DNA of 64,000 bases from NCBI GenBank assembly GCA_964202905.1, contig CAXNJO010000013.1:75839-139838 (forward strand), in the 5' to 3' direction. A program made the translations under genes and the position numbers. This document shows positions 51,265-63,000 of this stretch, piece after piece (position 1 is the first letter of the stretch; each line of letters begins with the position of its first letter). The DNA comes from Polyangiales bacterium (lineage in GTDB: Bacteria; Myxococcota_A; Polyangia; Polyangiales; JADJQN01). Below the pieces are notes generated by a model, which was given only the letters and a program-made list of their open reading frames with translations, searched no databases and was not told the origin of the DNA.

Positions 51265-51751
51265 CAACATCCAGATCTCGCACGACGAGGTCTCCTCGAC
51301 GTTCAACCTCCACCCGCTCGTCTACGCGACGCGAAGCCGCACGCGGCGTCACCTCGTCGTCGCGCCGCTGGTCTGGGACTTCGAGGACATGCAGGCCGGC
51401 ACGCGCGCGACCGTCGCGTTCCCGCTCTACTGGCGCTTTCGCACCAAGAACACCGTGAGCCAGGTGGCGCTCAACACGTACTGGCACGAGCGTCGCGAGC
51501 GCGGCGTGCGCGCCTGGGAGTTCCACTTCTTCCCGCTGTTCGCGTTCGGCTCGAGCGCGCCCGGGGATCACTGGTGGAACGTGCTCTACGGGCTCGTCGG
51601 CTACGCCCGCACCGGAAGCTACGCCCGCGCGCAGGTGTTGTGGGCGCCCTTCCAGGTGGACGGACCGGCCGTCGCCCCCGCCCGCTGACGCGCGCAGGTG
51701 CACGGCGCATGGGCCGCGGGCGCGTGGCGCGACGGCGGAACGCGACGCCTA
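51265..51751 (+). repeat. Right copy of the direct repeat: 3' remnant of a paralog of 22904-24757 plus downstream DNA
   Basis: Same C-terminal ~140 aa; divergent 5' part, near-identical 3' part. Confidence 0.92.
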
Positions 51752-52457
51752 CTGCGGGACGCGGCGCCCGCCGCCATCGACCGAGGGCGGACGCTCCGGA
51801 TCGACGAACGTACGCGGCCCGGACGCGACCGGCGCGGGGGCCGGCGACGCGGACACGGTGCCCAGCCTGCCCCGCTGCGGGCGCCGGGGGACGCGGAAGC
51901 CACTGGCCCGCGGGGAACTCGACGAAGACGAACGCGTAGCCGTCGGCGCCGACCTCGAGGCTGACGACCGGGGTCACGTCCGCACGGAGGTCGAAGACGA
52001 AGGCCGCGTCGTTCCGGCCGCGTCGTTCGAGACGCGCACCCGTGACCGGCGTCTCGAAGAAGCGCGTGTCGAGCGCGCGCCCCGTCTGCCGGTCGGGGAT
52101 GCGCACGCCGCGCAGGGTCACGACGAAGCGGCCGCGTTCGGCGCGCGCCTCGTAGGTCACGCGCGAGGTCAGCTGCACGAAGAAGCGCGAGGCGCCGTCC
52201 GCGCGCGGCTGGAAGCCCGGCCACGTCACGACCGTGGGGGCCGTGCCCGGACGCCCACGGAGGTGCGTCGGCTGCTGTGCGCGCCCGGGGACGACGCCGC
52301 CGTAGCCGGGTTCGTCGGGCGGGGTCGGCGCGGGCGACGGGGCCGGCGCGGGCGACGGGGCCGGCGCGACGGCCGGCGGAGCGTTGTCCTGCGCGCGCGC
52401 CGACAGCGCGACGCCGGCGAGCGAGAGACAGACCGAGAGCACGAGTGCGCGACGCAT
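51749..52457 (-). CDS. Secreted AMIN-like domain protein (frameshift near 51860-51890)
   Basis: Signal peptide, PAPSP linker, WPGFQ...SRFFVQL...LDTRFF.TPV; the natural-looking C-terminus is in an alternative frame ending at TAG 51749. Confidence 0.6.
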
Positions 52458-52566
52458 GGCCCCGATCGTACGGCGGCCGACCCCGCTCCCGCAAACAAGC
52501 AGCGCGGCGCGCCCGCCGCGCGACGACGCGCTTGTCGGCGGGTCGGCGATGGTAGGCTCGCGCCGG

Positions 52567-54069
52567 ATGTCCCCCGTCGCGGCGGTGACGATCGCCTGGG
52601 CAGGCGTCTACGGCGCACTCGCGATCTACTACGCACTGCTCTACGCGCGGCGCCGCAGCGACCGCGAATACCTCGCGTTCTCCGGCCTCTCGGCAGGCCT
52701 CGCGGTGTTCGCGCTCGGCGCATCGATGAACGCGAACGCGTCCGACGTCGCCGAGAGCACGCGCGCCTGCGTCGTGCAGTGGTGCGGGCTCCCGATCGCC
52801 ATCGCCTGCTACGTCGACTTCGTCCACCACATGCTCGGCTTGCCCGCGCTGCGGCTCGTGCGCGCGGCCTACGCTTGGGCGCTGCTCGGCTTCGGCGCGA
52901 ACCTCGCGGGCGTCTTCTTCGACCCATCGCAGCCCGCGCCCGCGGACACGTGGGGCTTCGAGAGCGCGCCCGCCTACCACGAGCCCGCGGTGCAGCTCCC
53001 CGGCACGATCTGGGCGATCGTCGCCATCGGCATCCTCGCGCAGGCCGTGCACCTGGTCGCGCGCCACGCGCGGCGCGACCCCGACGCGCGCATCCTGCTC
53101 GCCACGAGCGGACTGTGGGTGCTCGGGGGCTGCTACGACGTCGTCGTCCAGCTCACCAGCCTCCGCTCCCTCTACGTGCTCGAGCACATCGGCATCGTCG
53201 CGAGCATCTCGATGAGCTGGATCCTCGTCGGCCGCTTCGTGCGCACGAGCGAGGCGCTCGAAGCGCGCACGCGCGAGCTGAACGCGAGCTACGAAGACCT
53301 CCAGCACACGCAGGCCGAGCTGCTCGCGAAGGAGCAGCTCGCCGCCGTCGGCGAGCTCTCGGCCGTCATCGCGCACGAAGTGCGGAACCCGCTCGCGATC
53401 ATCAAGAACGCGGTGAGCGGCCTGCGCCGCCGGGAGCTCCCCGACGCGGATCGCGCCGTTCTGCATGGGATCCTCGACGAGGAGGCGGGGCGCCTCAACC
53501 GCCTCGTCACCGATCTGCTCGCCTTCGCGCGGCCGGTCACGCCCCAGCGCCGCGAGGTGCCCGTCGCCGACCTGATCACGCGGGCGATCGAGCTCGCGCG
53601 CGCAGGGAGCCGCTCCCCGGCGGACGTGCGAGTCGAGCTCGACGTCGACGTCGACGGCGGCCCCGCGCAGCTCGCCTGCGACCCCGATCTGCTGCGGCAG
53701 GCGCTCGTGAACGTCGCGGAGAACGCGCTCGAGGCGATGCCGCGCGGCGGCACGCTCCGCGTGCGCGTCGAGTCCGCGACGCTCGGCGGCGAGCCCGCCG
53801 TCGCGCTCGTGTTCCGTGACAGCGGCGAGGGCATGGACGCGCTCGTGCGCAGCAAGGCGCGCGATGCGTTCTTCACGACGCGCCCGAGCGGCACGGGGCT
53901 CGGCCTCGCGATCGTGGATCGCATCGCCCGCGCGCACGGCGGGACGGTCGAGATCGAGAGCCGTCACGGGGCGGGCACGACCGTCTCGCTGGTGCTGCCC
54001 GACCTGCGCCCCTCCACCGAGCCGCCCGCGCCGCGCGCGGACGATCAGATGGCGGCGAGCACGTCGTAG
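52567..54069 (+). CDS. Membrane (7TM-like) sensor histidine kinase
   Basis: IAHEVRNPL, N..EA, DSGEGM, FFTT and GTGLGL motifs. Confidence 0.92.
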   Translation: MSPVAAVTIAWAGVYGALAIYYALLYARRRSDREYLAFSGLSAGLAVFALGASMNANASDVAESTRACVVQWCGLPIAIACYVDFVHHMLGLPALRLVRAAYAWALLGFGANLAGVFFDPSQPAPADTWGFESAPAYHEPAVQLPGTIWAIVAIGILAQAVHLVARHARRDPDARILLATSGLWVLGGCYDVVVQLTSLRSLYVLEHIGIVASISMSWILVGRFVRTSEALEARTRELNASYEDLQHTQAELLAKEQLAAVGELSAVIAHEVRNPLAIIKNAVSGLRRRELPDADRAVLHGILDEEAGRLNRLVTDLLAFARPVTPQRREVPVADLITRAIELARAGSRSPADVRVELDVDVDGGPAQLACDPDLLRQALVNVAENALEAMPRGGTLRVRVESATLGGEPAVALVFRDSGEGMDALVRSKARDAFFTTRPSGTGLGLAIVDRIARAHGGTVEIESRHGAGTTVSLVLPDLRPSTEPPAPRADDQMAASTS

Positions 54070-55412
54070 CCGGTGAGGAGGTAGGTGGCGTCAGCGGGGA
54101 AGTCGCGCACGAGCACCGCGGGGCTCTCGGGCGTGATCATGCGCGCGAGCAGCGGGACGGGCGTCTCGATGTCCACGAAGCGATACGGCTTCTGCATGAT
54201 GCTGCGGACGGGCTGCGCGCGGATCGACGGATCGCGCACGATCGCGGCGTAGACGTGGGACTCGCTGAGCGAGCCGACGATGCGCTGCGCGCTCACGACG
54301 GGGGTCTGCGAGAAGTCGTGCGCGCTCATCCGCGCGACCGCCTGCTCGACCGTGTCCGTCTCCTCGACGGAGACGAGCGCCGCGGCCTTCTTGCTCTTCA
54401 CGAGGGAGCGCGCCGTGGCGCCGCCGACCGTCTCGTAACCCATGATGCGCATCCAGTCGGGGTTGAAGATCTTGCGGACGTAGCGCGTGCCGTGGTCGTG
54501 GAAGATGACGACGACCGTCTCGCCCTCGCGGAAGTGCTCCTTGAGTTGAAGGAGGCCGCCGATGGCGGCGCCCGCCGAGTAGCCGGCCCAGATGCCTTCC
54601 TGCCGGACGATCTCGCGCGTGTGGATGGCCGCGTCGCGGTCGGTGACCTTCTCGAAGTGGTCGATCACCGAGAAGTCGACGTTCTGCGGGAGGAAGTCCT
54701 CACCGATGCCCTCGGTCACGTACGGGTAGATCTCGTGTTTGTCGAAGACGCCCGTCTCCTTGTATTTCTTGAAGACGGAGCCGTAGGTGTCGATGCCCCA
54801 CACCTTCACGGAGGGCTTCTTTTCCTTGAGATAACGGCCCGTGCCGGAGATCGTGCCGCCCGTCCCGACACCCACGATCAGGTGATCGACACGGCCCTCG
54901 GTCTGCGCCCAGATCTCCGGGCCCGTGCTCTCGTAGTGCGCCGCCGAGTTGCTCAAGTTGTCGTACTGGTTCGCCTTCCAGCCGTTGGGCGTCTCCTGCA
55001 CGAGGCGAGACGACACGGAGTAGTACGAGCGCGGATCCTCGGGATCGACATCCGTCGGGCACACGATGACCTCGGCGCCGAACGCCCGGAGCGCGTCGAC
55101 CTTCTCGGACGACTGCTTGTCCGTCGTCGTGAAGATGCACTTGTAGCCCTTCACGATCGCGGCGATCGCGAGGCCCATGCCGGTGTTGCCGCTCGTGCCC
55201 TCGATGATCGTCGCGCCCGGCTTGAGGTCGCCGCGCCGCTCGGCGTCCTCGATCATCCGCAGGGCCATGCGGTCCTTGATGCTGTGGCCGGGGTTGAACG
55301 TCTCGACCTTCGCGTACACCGTCGCGGGGACGTCGCGCGCGATGCGGTTGAGCCGCACGAGAGGCGTCTGGCCGATGGTGCCGAGGATGTCGTCGAAGAC
55401 GTTGCGGGACAT
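54045..55412 (-). CDS. Cystathionine beta-synthase-like PLP enzyme with CBS domains
   Basis: NPGHSIKDR, TSGNTG, GVGTGGT and EGIG motifs; C-terminal CBS pair. Confidence 0.9.
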   Translation of the reverse strand: MSRNVFDDILGTIGQTPLVRLNRIARDVPATVYAKVETFNPGHSIKDRMALRMIEDAERRGDLKPGATIIEGTSGNTGMGLAIAAIVKGYKCIFTTTDKQSSEKVDALRAFGAEVIVCPTDVDPEDPRSYYSVSSRLVQETPNGWKANQYDNLSNSAAHYESTGPEIWAQTEGRVDHLIVGVGTGGTISGTGRYLKEKKPSVKVWGIDTYGSVFKKYKETGVFDKHEIYPYVTEGIGEDFLPQNVDFSVIDHFEKVTDRDAAIHTREIVRQEGIWAGYSAGAAIGGLLQLKEHFREGETVVVIFHDHGTRYVRKIFNPDWMRIMGYETVGGATARSLVKSKKAAALVSVEETDTVEQAVARMSAHDFSQTPVVSAQRIVGSLSESHVYAAIVRDPSIRAQPVRSIMQKPYRFVDIETPVPLLARMITPESPAVLVRDFPADATYLLTGYDVLAAI

Positions 55413-55484
55413 GGGGCGCAACAGTGCGCAAGGTTGCCGCGGATCGCAATCGTCACGCGCCGCGCGGCCGCTCGACGCGCGAAT

Positions 55485-57462
55485 TCAGCCCCGCAGGAAC
55501 ACGGGCGAGGACCACGCGAGCTCGCCGTCCTCCTGCTCGACGCGCGCATACGCGAAGGGCCCGCGGACCTCGGCCTCGAGCGTCGCGTCGGCGCCCTGCC
55601 CCGCGACGCACGCGAGCGTGAGTCCGTCGCGCCCGACGAGGCGCAGCGCACGGATCGGCGCGGTGCCGTGCGCGATCACGCGGAGCCGCGCGCGCGGCGC
55701 CTCGAGCGCGGCGCCCATCGGCGCGTCGGTGACGTCGTCCGTCGTCGCGCGCACGTCGAGGAGGATCTTCGCGCCGCTGGTCGCGTAGCAGCGGCGCGCG
55801 CGCAGCGCCTCGAGGATCGCGGCGCGCGTCCGTGACGTGGCCTGCACCGCCGCGAGGCCCGTGCGGAAGGGGTCCCGCTTGCGCGCGACGCCGTGGTGCC
55901 AGAGCAGGCCGTGGCCATCCGAGCTCGCGATGAAGCCGAAGCGGTGCCCGCGCGCGAGGACGGCGTCGACCATCTGATCGCGCAGCTCGCCGCGCTGGCC
56001 GAGCACGTGCGCCGCGTGCTCGTAGCAGCCGTGACAGGAACAGATCTCCCACACCGGCTGCGTGTGCTCGTCGTGCGCGTCCTCGTTCGCGCCCGTCCAG
56101 CCGACGTGGTGCGGCACCGCGAAGCCGCCCTGCGCGCGCACCGCCGCGACGAGCCCCGCGCCCTCGGGCACGTCGTCGCGCGAGACGATCGGCGGCGCCG
56201 GCCTGCGGCAGGTACACGACCTTGTGGCCCGGTCCGGGATGCGCGCGGCCCGTCCACTCGTAGGCGAAGAGCGTCGCGAACGTGCCGGGCGCGTCGTGCG
56301 CCGCGGCGACCGCCTGCAGATACGCCCACTCGCCCGGGCCCACGCGTTTGCCGAGGAACGACTCGTGGTCGCTGAGCGCGCAGAAGTCGTCGCCGTAGAC
56401 CTCGCGCGCGCGCACGAAGGGCTCGTCCGCGGTGCCGCAGCCGTCCGAGTGCGCGCTGTGCTGGTGGATGTCGCCGAAGAGCGTGAGGCGACCGTCGCGC
56501 ACGGCCGGGTCGGTGACGCCGCGCGTGCGGTCGGGGCGCGGTGAGACATCGATGCGCGCGGGCTGCTCGACCCCCGCGGCGCACGGCACGAGCGTCGGTG
56601 CGCCGAGCCCCGCGACGGCGCGCTCGGCGTCGAGATCGCGCGTGACGCAGAGCCCCTCGCGCTCGCGGCGCGCGGTGAGGATCGCGCCCGACGCGAGGCG
56701 CAGCGCCGCGACGCGACGCCCACGGCAGCCCCACGCGCCCTCGGCGAGCGCCGTGCGCGGAGACCAGCCGCCCCGCCCAAGCGTCTGCCGCCAGTACGCG
56801 TGCGAGCCGCGCCCGTAGACCAGCACGCCGCCGTCGGGGAGCGGGACGAGCGCGGGGAACTCGAAGCCCTGCTCCTCGCCCTCGCGGTCGCGGTCGCGGT
56901 CCGCCATCGGGGCCGAAGGCTCGAAGATGCGTCCATGCGCATCGATGAATCGAAGCGCGATCCACTTCGCGACGTCGACCGCGCGCGTGTCTTCGCGGAC
57001 GTCGTGGTGGAAGGCGACCCACACGCCCGGCCCGTGCGTGGGGTGCACGGCCTCAGCGAGCGCGGGCGCGGCCGCGGTCCCACGCGCCTCCCACACGCAG
57101 CGAGGCGCCGCGCCGCCGCGCGAGACGAGCACACGCGACACGCCCGCCGCGCGCGCGACGTGCCCCGCGTACGTGCCTGCGACGGCGCGCTCTTCGTCGT
57201 GCGGGTCGTCGCTCGGCGCGGGGTCCGTGCCCGGCGTCAGCGCGACGATGCGGGCCGCGTGGACGAGCACGCGCTCGGCGACGGGCTGCGCGTCCGCGGC
57301 CACGTCCCACGCGACGAGCGCCTCTCCCTGACCATCCCACGCGATGGCGAAGAGACGCGCGGTGCCCGCGGCGCCGGGTACGAGACGCGGGTTGCGCAGG
57401 TAGCGCTCCCGCCGCTGCGCGAGCAGCGCGCGCGGCGGGATGGGTGGGTCAGGGCTCTCCAC
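55485..57462 (-). CDS. PHP/DUF3604-like metallohydrolase (frameshift near 56195)
   Basis: FGDIHQHSAHSDG, LSDH, YEWT, PHH, EICS.HG, ASSDGH and YATSG motifs, split between two frames. Confidence 0.75.
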
Positions 57463-57497
57463 GGCGTGGGCTCGTCGCGCGCGGGCGCAGGGCGCCC

Positions 57498-59942
57498 TCA
57501 GGGCGCGTCGGGCACGACGCAGCGGCCGTTGACGCAGCGCTGGTTCGCGTTGGGGCAGGGCTCGTCGGCGGTGCATGCCGTCGGCGTGGTGCCGTGCGTG
57601 TCGCCGCCCGCATAGCCGAGCGCGCCGAGCTGCTGCTGGAGCGTCGGATCGATCGCGGTGTTCTCCTGCTGGAGGTTCGCCCCGCGCGCGCTCTGGTCGG
57701 CGTCGAGCCAGCGCAGGCGGTTCTTCGCCCCGAGGAACTGCCCGATCAGGATGCGGCAGTAGCGGAGCGCGATCGGGCGCGCGGTCGTGCCGAGCTCACG
57801 CTGCTCGCCCGGGTCGGCCTGCAGGTCGAAGAACGAAGGGTTGATGCCGCGGAGCACGAGCTTCCAGCGGCCCGCGCGGATGACGCGGCGGTCGTCGAGC
57901 ATGTCGCTGAAGGCGACGGCGGGCATCGCCGGGACCTCGCCGCGGAAGTAGGGCTGGAGCGAGTGGCCCTCGGCGCTCGCCTCGAGCGGCACGCCCGTGC
58001 CCTCGAAGACCGTGGGGCCGATGTCGACCGTGCTCACCGTGTTCGAGACGCGCTGCCCCGCGGGGACGCGGCCCGGCAGGCGGAAGAGCAGCGGCACGTG
58101 GATGAGCTCCTGGTACACGGTGTGACCGTGGCCCCAGGAGCCGTGGTCGTTGAGCTCCTCGCCGTGGTCGGCGGTGATCACGAAGAGCGTGTCGTCGTAG
58201 ACGCCGAGCGACTTGAGGCGATCGACGAACTGGCCGAGCCAGTGATCGTGGTAGCTGACCTCGGCGTCGTAGAGGCCCTCGAGGCGGCGGCGATCGCTCG
58301 CATCGAAGGTGATCACGGGCGGGTTGCGCTTGGCCTTCTCGAGGAGATCGGGCGTCGCGCGCGGCGTGACCTGACCGCCGTACTCGCGCTGGTCGTACAT
58401 GTTCAGGTACTCGCCCGGCGGGTCGTACGGGACGTGCGGGTCGATGGTCTGCACGTAGACGAAGAAGCGCTCGCCCTTGTGCTGCTCGATCCAGTCGCCG
58501 GCCTCCTTGAACACGTTCTCCGCGTGGGTGTCCTTGTTCTCGCGGATGAAGTTCGTGTAGTGGTCCCAGCCCTGCTCGAAGCCGAACGACGTCGAGACGA
58601 AGCCGTTGGCGATGAAGCTCGCCGTCGAGAAGCCCGCCTCCTTGTACGACTCGCTCAGCAGCACCGCGCCCGCGGGGACGCGCGCGGGGTCCGTCTTCGC
58701 TTGATGCGTGGCGGGCCAGAGCGACGTGAGCACCGAGGCGACCGAGGGCTTGGTCCAGTTCTCCGGCGACTGCGCGTTCTCGAAGACGGTGCCCTCGCGC
58801 GCGATCTCCGCGATCTCCGGCGTGCGCACGCGCGTCTGCGCGTTGAAGGGCTGGAGACGATCGGCGCGCTGCGTGTCGATGAGCAGGACGACGACGTTCT
58901 TCGCGGGGGGACGCGCCGCGGGGGGCGCGACGCGCGTGACGAAGATGCCCGGGGTCGCCCAGCCCACGCGCCCGGTGCCGCCCGCGCCCTCGACGCGGAA
59001 GTCGATGCGCACGACCTGCCCGACGAAGGCGTCGAGCGCGACGACCCGATCCTGCCAGCGGCCCGTCACGGCCTGCGAGAAGACCTCGCTCGGCGCGCCG
59101 CCCTCGGGCGTGACGACGACCTTCGCGGTCGCGCCGGGCGCGGGCTCGCCATCGGCGCCGACCGAGAAACCGAGTTTTCCGCCACGGGGGACGTCGACGT
59201 GGAAGCTGAGCGTCGTCGGCGCACGCACCGCGAGCGCGCGGCGCTGGTCGTTGCCGAGCCGCATCTCCGTCGCGAGCTCGCCGAACGTCGGCGCGCTGAA
59301 GCGGCCCGCGGCGGGGGCGGCCTCGCCGGGAATGACGCGGAGCGAGTCCATCGCGACGCTCACGTCACGGCCGTCGAGCGGCGAGGTGCCGCCGAAGCGC
59401 AGCAGCAGGTGGTTCTCGCCGACGACGACGTGCTCGGCGGCGACGCGCACGTCGTAATCGCGGAACTCGGCGCCCTCCTCGAGGCGAACGGACTCGAGGG
59501 AGTGCCCGTTGAGGAAGAGCATCATGTTGCGCGTGCCGACGCCCTTGAGGCGGAAGCGCAGCGTCACGGCACCGGGCCGATCGATCGGGAAATACACGCG
59601 GCCCGTGTTGCCGACGTAGCTGAACGTGACGTTGCTCGCGGTGCGGTCGTCGAGCCAGCCCGAGCGCCAGTTCCCGACCGTGTATTTCGCGCGCGCGGGC
59701 GTGCCGAAGTCGACGTAGAGGCCCTCGTGATCGACGTCCGCGAGATGCGAGAGCGCGACGAGATCGAGGTGCGGCGTCAGATCGCGGAAGACCGCCGGCT
59801 GATCGGCCGGGCGATCGCCGCCGGCTCCTCCGCCCCCCGCTGCGCTGCCCGCGCCCGCGTCGCCTTTGCTCCCGCAGCCCGAACCGAAGAGACCGAAGAG
59901 CGCGAGCACGATCGCGAGCGAGAGCCGGGCACTGCTGGGCAT
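57498..59942 (-). CDS. Sulfatase-family lipoprotein
   Basis: NVVVLLIDTQRAD, WTKPSVAS, DPHVPY, ITADHGE and GHG motifs; lipobox. Confidence 0.88.
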   Translation of the reverse strand: MPSSARLSLAIVLALFGLFGSGCGSKGDAGAGSAAGGGGAGGDRPADQPAVFRDLTPHLDLVALSHLADVDHEGLYVDFGTPARAKYTVGNWRSGWLDDRTASNVTFSYVGNTGRVYFPIDRPGAVTLRFRLKGVGTRNMMLFLNGHSLESVRLEEGAEFRDYDVRVAAEHVVVGENHLLLRFGGTSPLDGRDVSVAMDSLRVIPGEAAPAAGRFSAPTFGELATEMRLGNDQRRALAVRAPTTLSFHVDVPRGGKLGFSVGADGEPAPGATAKVVVTPEGGAPSEVFSQAVTGRWQDRVVALDAFVGQVVRIDFRVEGAGGTGRVGWATPGIFVTRVAPPAARPPAKNVVVLLIDTQRADRLQPFNAQTRVRTPEIAEIAREGTVFENAQSPENWTKPSVASVLTSLWPATHQAKTDPARVPAGAVLLSESYKEAGFSTASFIANGFVSTSFGFEQGWDHYTNFIRENKDTHAENVFKEAGDWIEQHKGERFFVYVQTIDPHVPYDPPGEYLNMYDQREYGGQVTPRATPDLLEKAKRNPPVITFDASDRRRLEGLYDAEVSYHDHWLGQFVDRLKSLGVYDDTLFVITADHGEELNDHGSWGHGHTVYQELIHVPLLFRLPGRVPAGQRVSNTVSTVDIGPTVFEGTGVPLEASAEGHSLQPYFRGEVPAMPAVAFSDMLDDRRVIRAGRWKLVLRGINPSFFDLQADPGEQRELGTTARPIALRYCRILIGQFLGAKNRLRWLDADQSARGANLQQENTAIDPTLQQQLGALGYAGGDTHGTTPTACTADEPCPNANQRCVNGRCVVPDAP

Positions 59943-60061
59943 GACGATTCCTCCGCGCGCCGCGCAGGGCCGCACGTGCGGCTCGGCCGGGCGCGGACGG
60001 CGCTACCACGCGCGATCCGCGGCGGTCAAGGAATCGCGGGGATGCGGCAGCGCAGGGGCGG

Positions 60062-63000
60062 TCAGGGCACCGTGACCGTGTGCGTGTGCGCCGCGCGGAC
60101 GTTGAGGAAGCGGTAGCTCGCCTCTTCGCCCCGCCGGAAGCTCAGCTCGTGCTGCCCGGCCGACACGGCGACGCGCAGCGGCGCGGGGCCGAGCTCGCGG
60201 CCATCGAGGACGACCACGGCGGCGCCGCCCGACCCAGCCTCGACGACGAGCAGCCCTTCGTCCGACCCGACCGTCACGCTGACGTCGCGGATGCCGGGCT
60301 CGACGCGGCCGAAACGAAGCGGATCGACGACGGTTTCGACGGTGGACGGCGCGACCGCCGTGCCCGCGTCGGCGCTGTCCGCGCCGCCCCCGTCAGGCAC
60401 CGTGCTGCGGGACGCGCCCACGGTGGGCACGGCCCGTTCGCCGCCCGCAGGTGCGTCAGCGGGCGGCGGCGCGTCGGCCTCGTAGCCGGGTGGTTCGAGG
60501 CCGAAGAGCCGGGCGACCGTGCCGTCGTACCAGGCGCGGTATCCGAAGAAGCCGAGCACCGCGAGCGAGCCGAGGATGATGAGCCAGGCCGTCCCGCCCG
60601 GCCCAGCCGCGGCTGCGGGCGCCTCGGCGTGCGGCGTGGCCGTCGCATCCTCCGACTCCGCGTCGGCGTCGGCGTCGTGGTCGGCGTCCGCAGCTTCAGC
60701 GGGGCCCTCGTGCGCGTGCGCGCGCTCGTCGACGGTGGACGGACCCGCGGATGCGTCCTCGGCGTCGGCGTCTTCCGCGACCGGGGGGCGCGCCGTCGGG
60801 TACTCCGAGAGGCTCGCGATCGCCGGTTCGAACATGGATGGAGTCTCCGCGGCAACGGCGACCCCGGACGCGGAGGGCGCCGGAAATCCGGACGCGAGAG
60901 CCATCGGGTACTCGGATGCGCTCGTGACGTCCGCGGGATCGGCCAGCGGCTCGACGGGCACCGGCACGTCGCCGGGGCTGGTCGGCAGCTCGTCCTGTTC
61001 GACGAGCGCTGCGGCGGGCGGCGCATCCGGCGGCGCAGCTGGCGCTACCATCTCTGTCGAGGGTGAACCAGCCACGAGCGCGGCCGGGAGCGCGGGCACG
61101 CGGAGCGGGAGCGCAGGCGCCGACGCGGCGGGGAGCCTCGCCCGAGACGCGAGCGGGGTGTCGGGCATCGACGCCCGGGCCGCGAGCGCCTCCGCGACGC
61201 GGTCCTCACCCTGCTGCCCGCGCACGCCGACGAGCGCGCCGCGCCGCGCGAGATCGACGAGCACGGCCTCGACGTCCTGCGGTGCAAGCTCTCCGGAGGC
61301 GACGAGCGCGCGTGGGCTCTCCCCCGCGCGCAGCCGCTCGATCAGCGCGCGCGAGGGCGCCGGCGATGTCCGCGCCAGGAGGGCGAGCACGTCCTCGTCG
61401 AGCTCGACCCGATCGGCGAGCGGCAGACCGGTGCCGCTCACCGCGTCGACCAGCGCGCCGAGCTGCCGCGTGTTGCGGTCGAGCAGCACGGCGAGCGGGT
61501 CACGGAACATCGCGCGCGCCGGCGTGCCGTCGGGCGCGACGACGAAGCGCCCCGCGGTTGCGCCGAGGAGCTGCCGCAGCGCCCCCTCGCCGCGCGCGAA
61601 CGAGCCATCGGTCGCCGTGCGCGTGAGGTGCACGAGCTCACTGCCGCGCAGGTCGACCTCGAAGAGATTCCAGGCGTCGCGCACCGTCACGCGCGCGTCG
61701 CCGCACACCGCCGCGACCGTCCGGAGCAGCGTCTGCGCGCCAATCCGCTCGAGCGAGCCGCGCACCTCTCCGCCCGCCCGCAGCTGGGCCTCGAGGCGGG
61801 CGCGGGGGCGCAGCGCGTCGCGAACGCGCGCGAGGATCTGCGTCGCGCCGGCCTCCTTGCGGAGATAGCCGCTCGCCCCGGCCTGCAGATCGCGCATCCG
61901 CTGGAGGAGGTCCTCCTTCCAGGACAGGAGGATGACCGGGATGCCCTCAAGGGCCGGATCACGCTGGATCTCGCGGCAGAGGCCGAAGCCGTCGAGTTGC
62001 GGCATCACGATGTCGCTCACGACGACGTCCGCGCGCTCCGCCCGCAGCTGCGCGAGCGCCTCGCGCCCGTCGGTCGCCTCGTGCACGGCCGCCCCCGCCT
62101 CGCGGAGCAGCGTGGAGAAGAACCACACGACGGTCGGGTCGTCGTCGACGACCACGATGCGCCGGCCGTCGAGCGACACCTCGGTGGCGTGATCGTCCGC
62201 GAGCGCGTCGTCGCCGTCGGTGAGCGCGAGCACCGCGGGCCCCCCACGTCGCGGCGGATCGCGGAAGCGGACGCGCCCGCCCGAGCGCGCCGCCACGAAC
62301 GCGCGGACCCGCGCGATGGCCGACCACGCGGCGGCGAGCACCTCCGCGCCGTCGCCGAGCGGTACCGGCAGATCCGCGCCCGCCTCCGCCGAACCCGCGA
62401 TCCCCGCCCGCACCTCGTCGGCGAGCCGATCCGCGAGCTGCGCGAGCGTCGCGTCACCGAGCGGACGCACGCCCCCGATGGCGTCGCTGCCGAGCACGCG
62501 CGCGATCGCGCGGACGAGCAGCGGCGGGTCCACGGGCTTGGCGACGACGTCGTCCGCACCGATCCCGCGCGCGGCGATCGGATCCGGCGCCATCCCCGGC
62601 GGCGCGAGCATCACGACGGGGATGAAGTCCGTGAGGAGATCCGCGCGCAGCCGCGCGACGAACTCACCCGCTCCGCGCACCAACGCGGCGCGGTCGACGA
62701 GCACGACGTCGGGCGCGCTCGAGCGCGCGAGCCGCAGCGCCTCCTCCGGCGATGCGGTCCCGAGGATCTCGTACGTCGCCGCGGGCAGCGCCGCGCGGAT
62801 CTGCGCCTGCACGTCGGCCCCGTCGAGCACCAGCACGCTCACGAGCGCGCCCGAGTCGACGTCGGTGTGTGCGATCGCCGCCGGCTCGGCGACGCGCAGC
62901 GCGGCCGTCTCGACCGGGCGCGGCACGACCGGGGGCGCCACCGCCACGGGCGCAGGCGCCTCCCGCACGACGGCGCGCGTCTCCGTCCGGATCCGCGCGA

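Noticed and set aside
24334..51751. Duplicated gene 3' end as a DGR template/variable repeat pair
   Set aside because: No reverse transcriptase in the window, and the differences are not adenine-specific
55485..57462. Frameshifts in core-region genes (here and at about 51870) as programmed recoding
   Set aside because: No slippery motif seen; a single-base indel or sequencing error in GC-rich DNA is more likely
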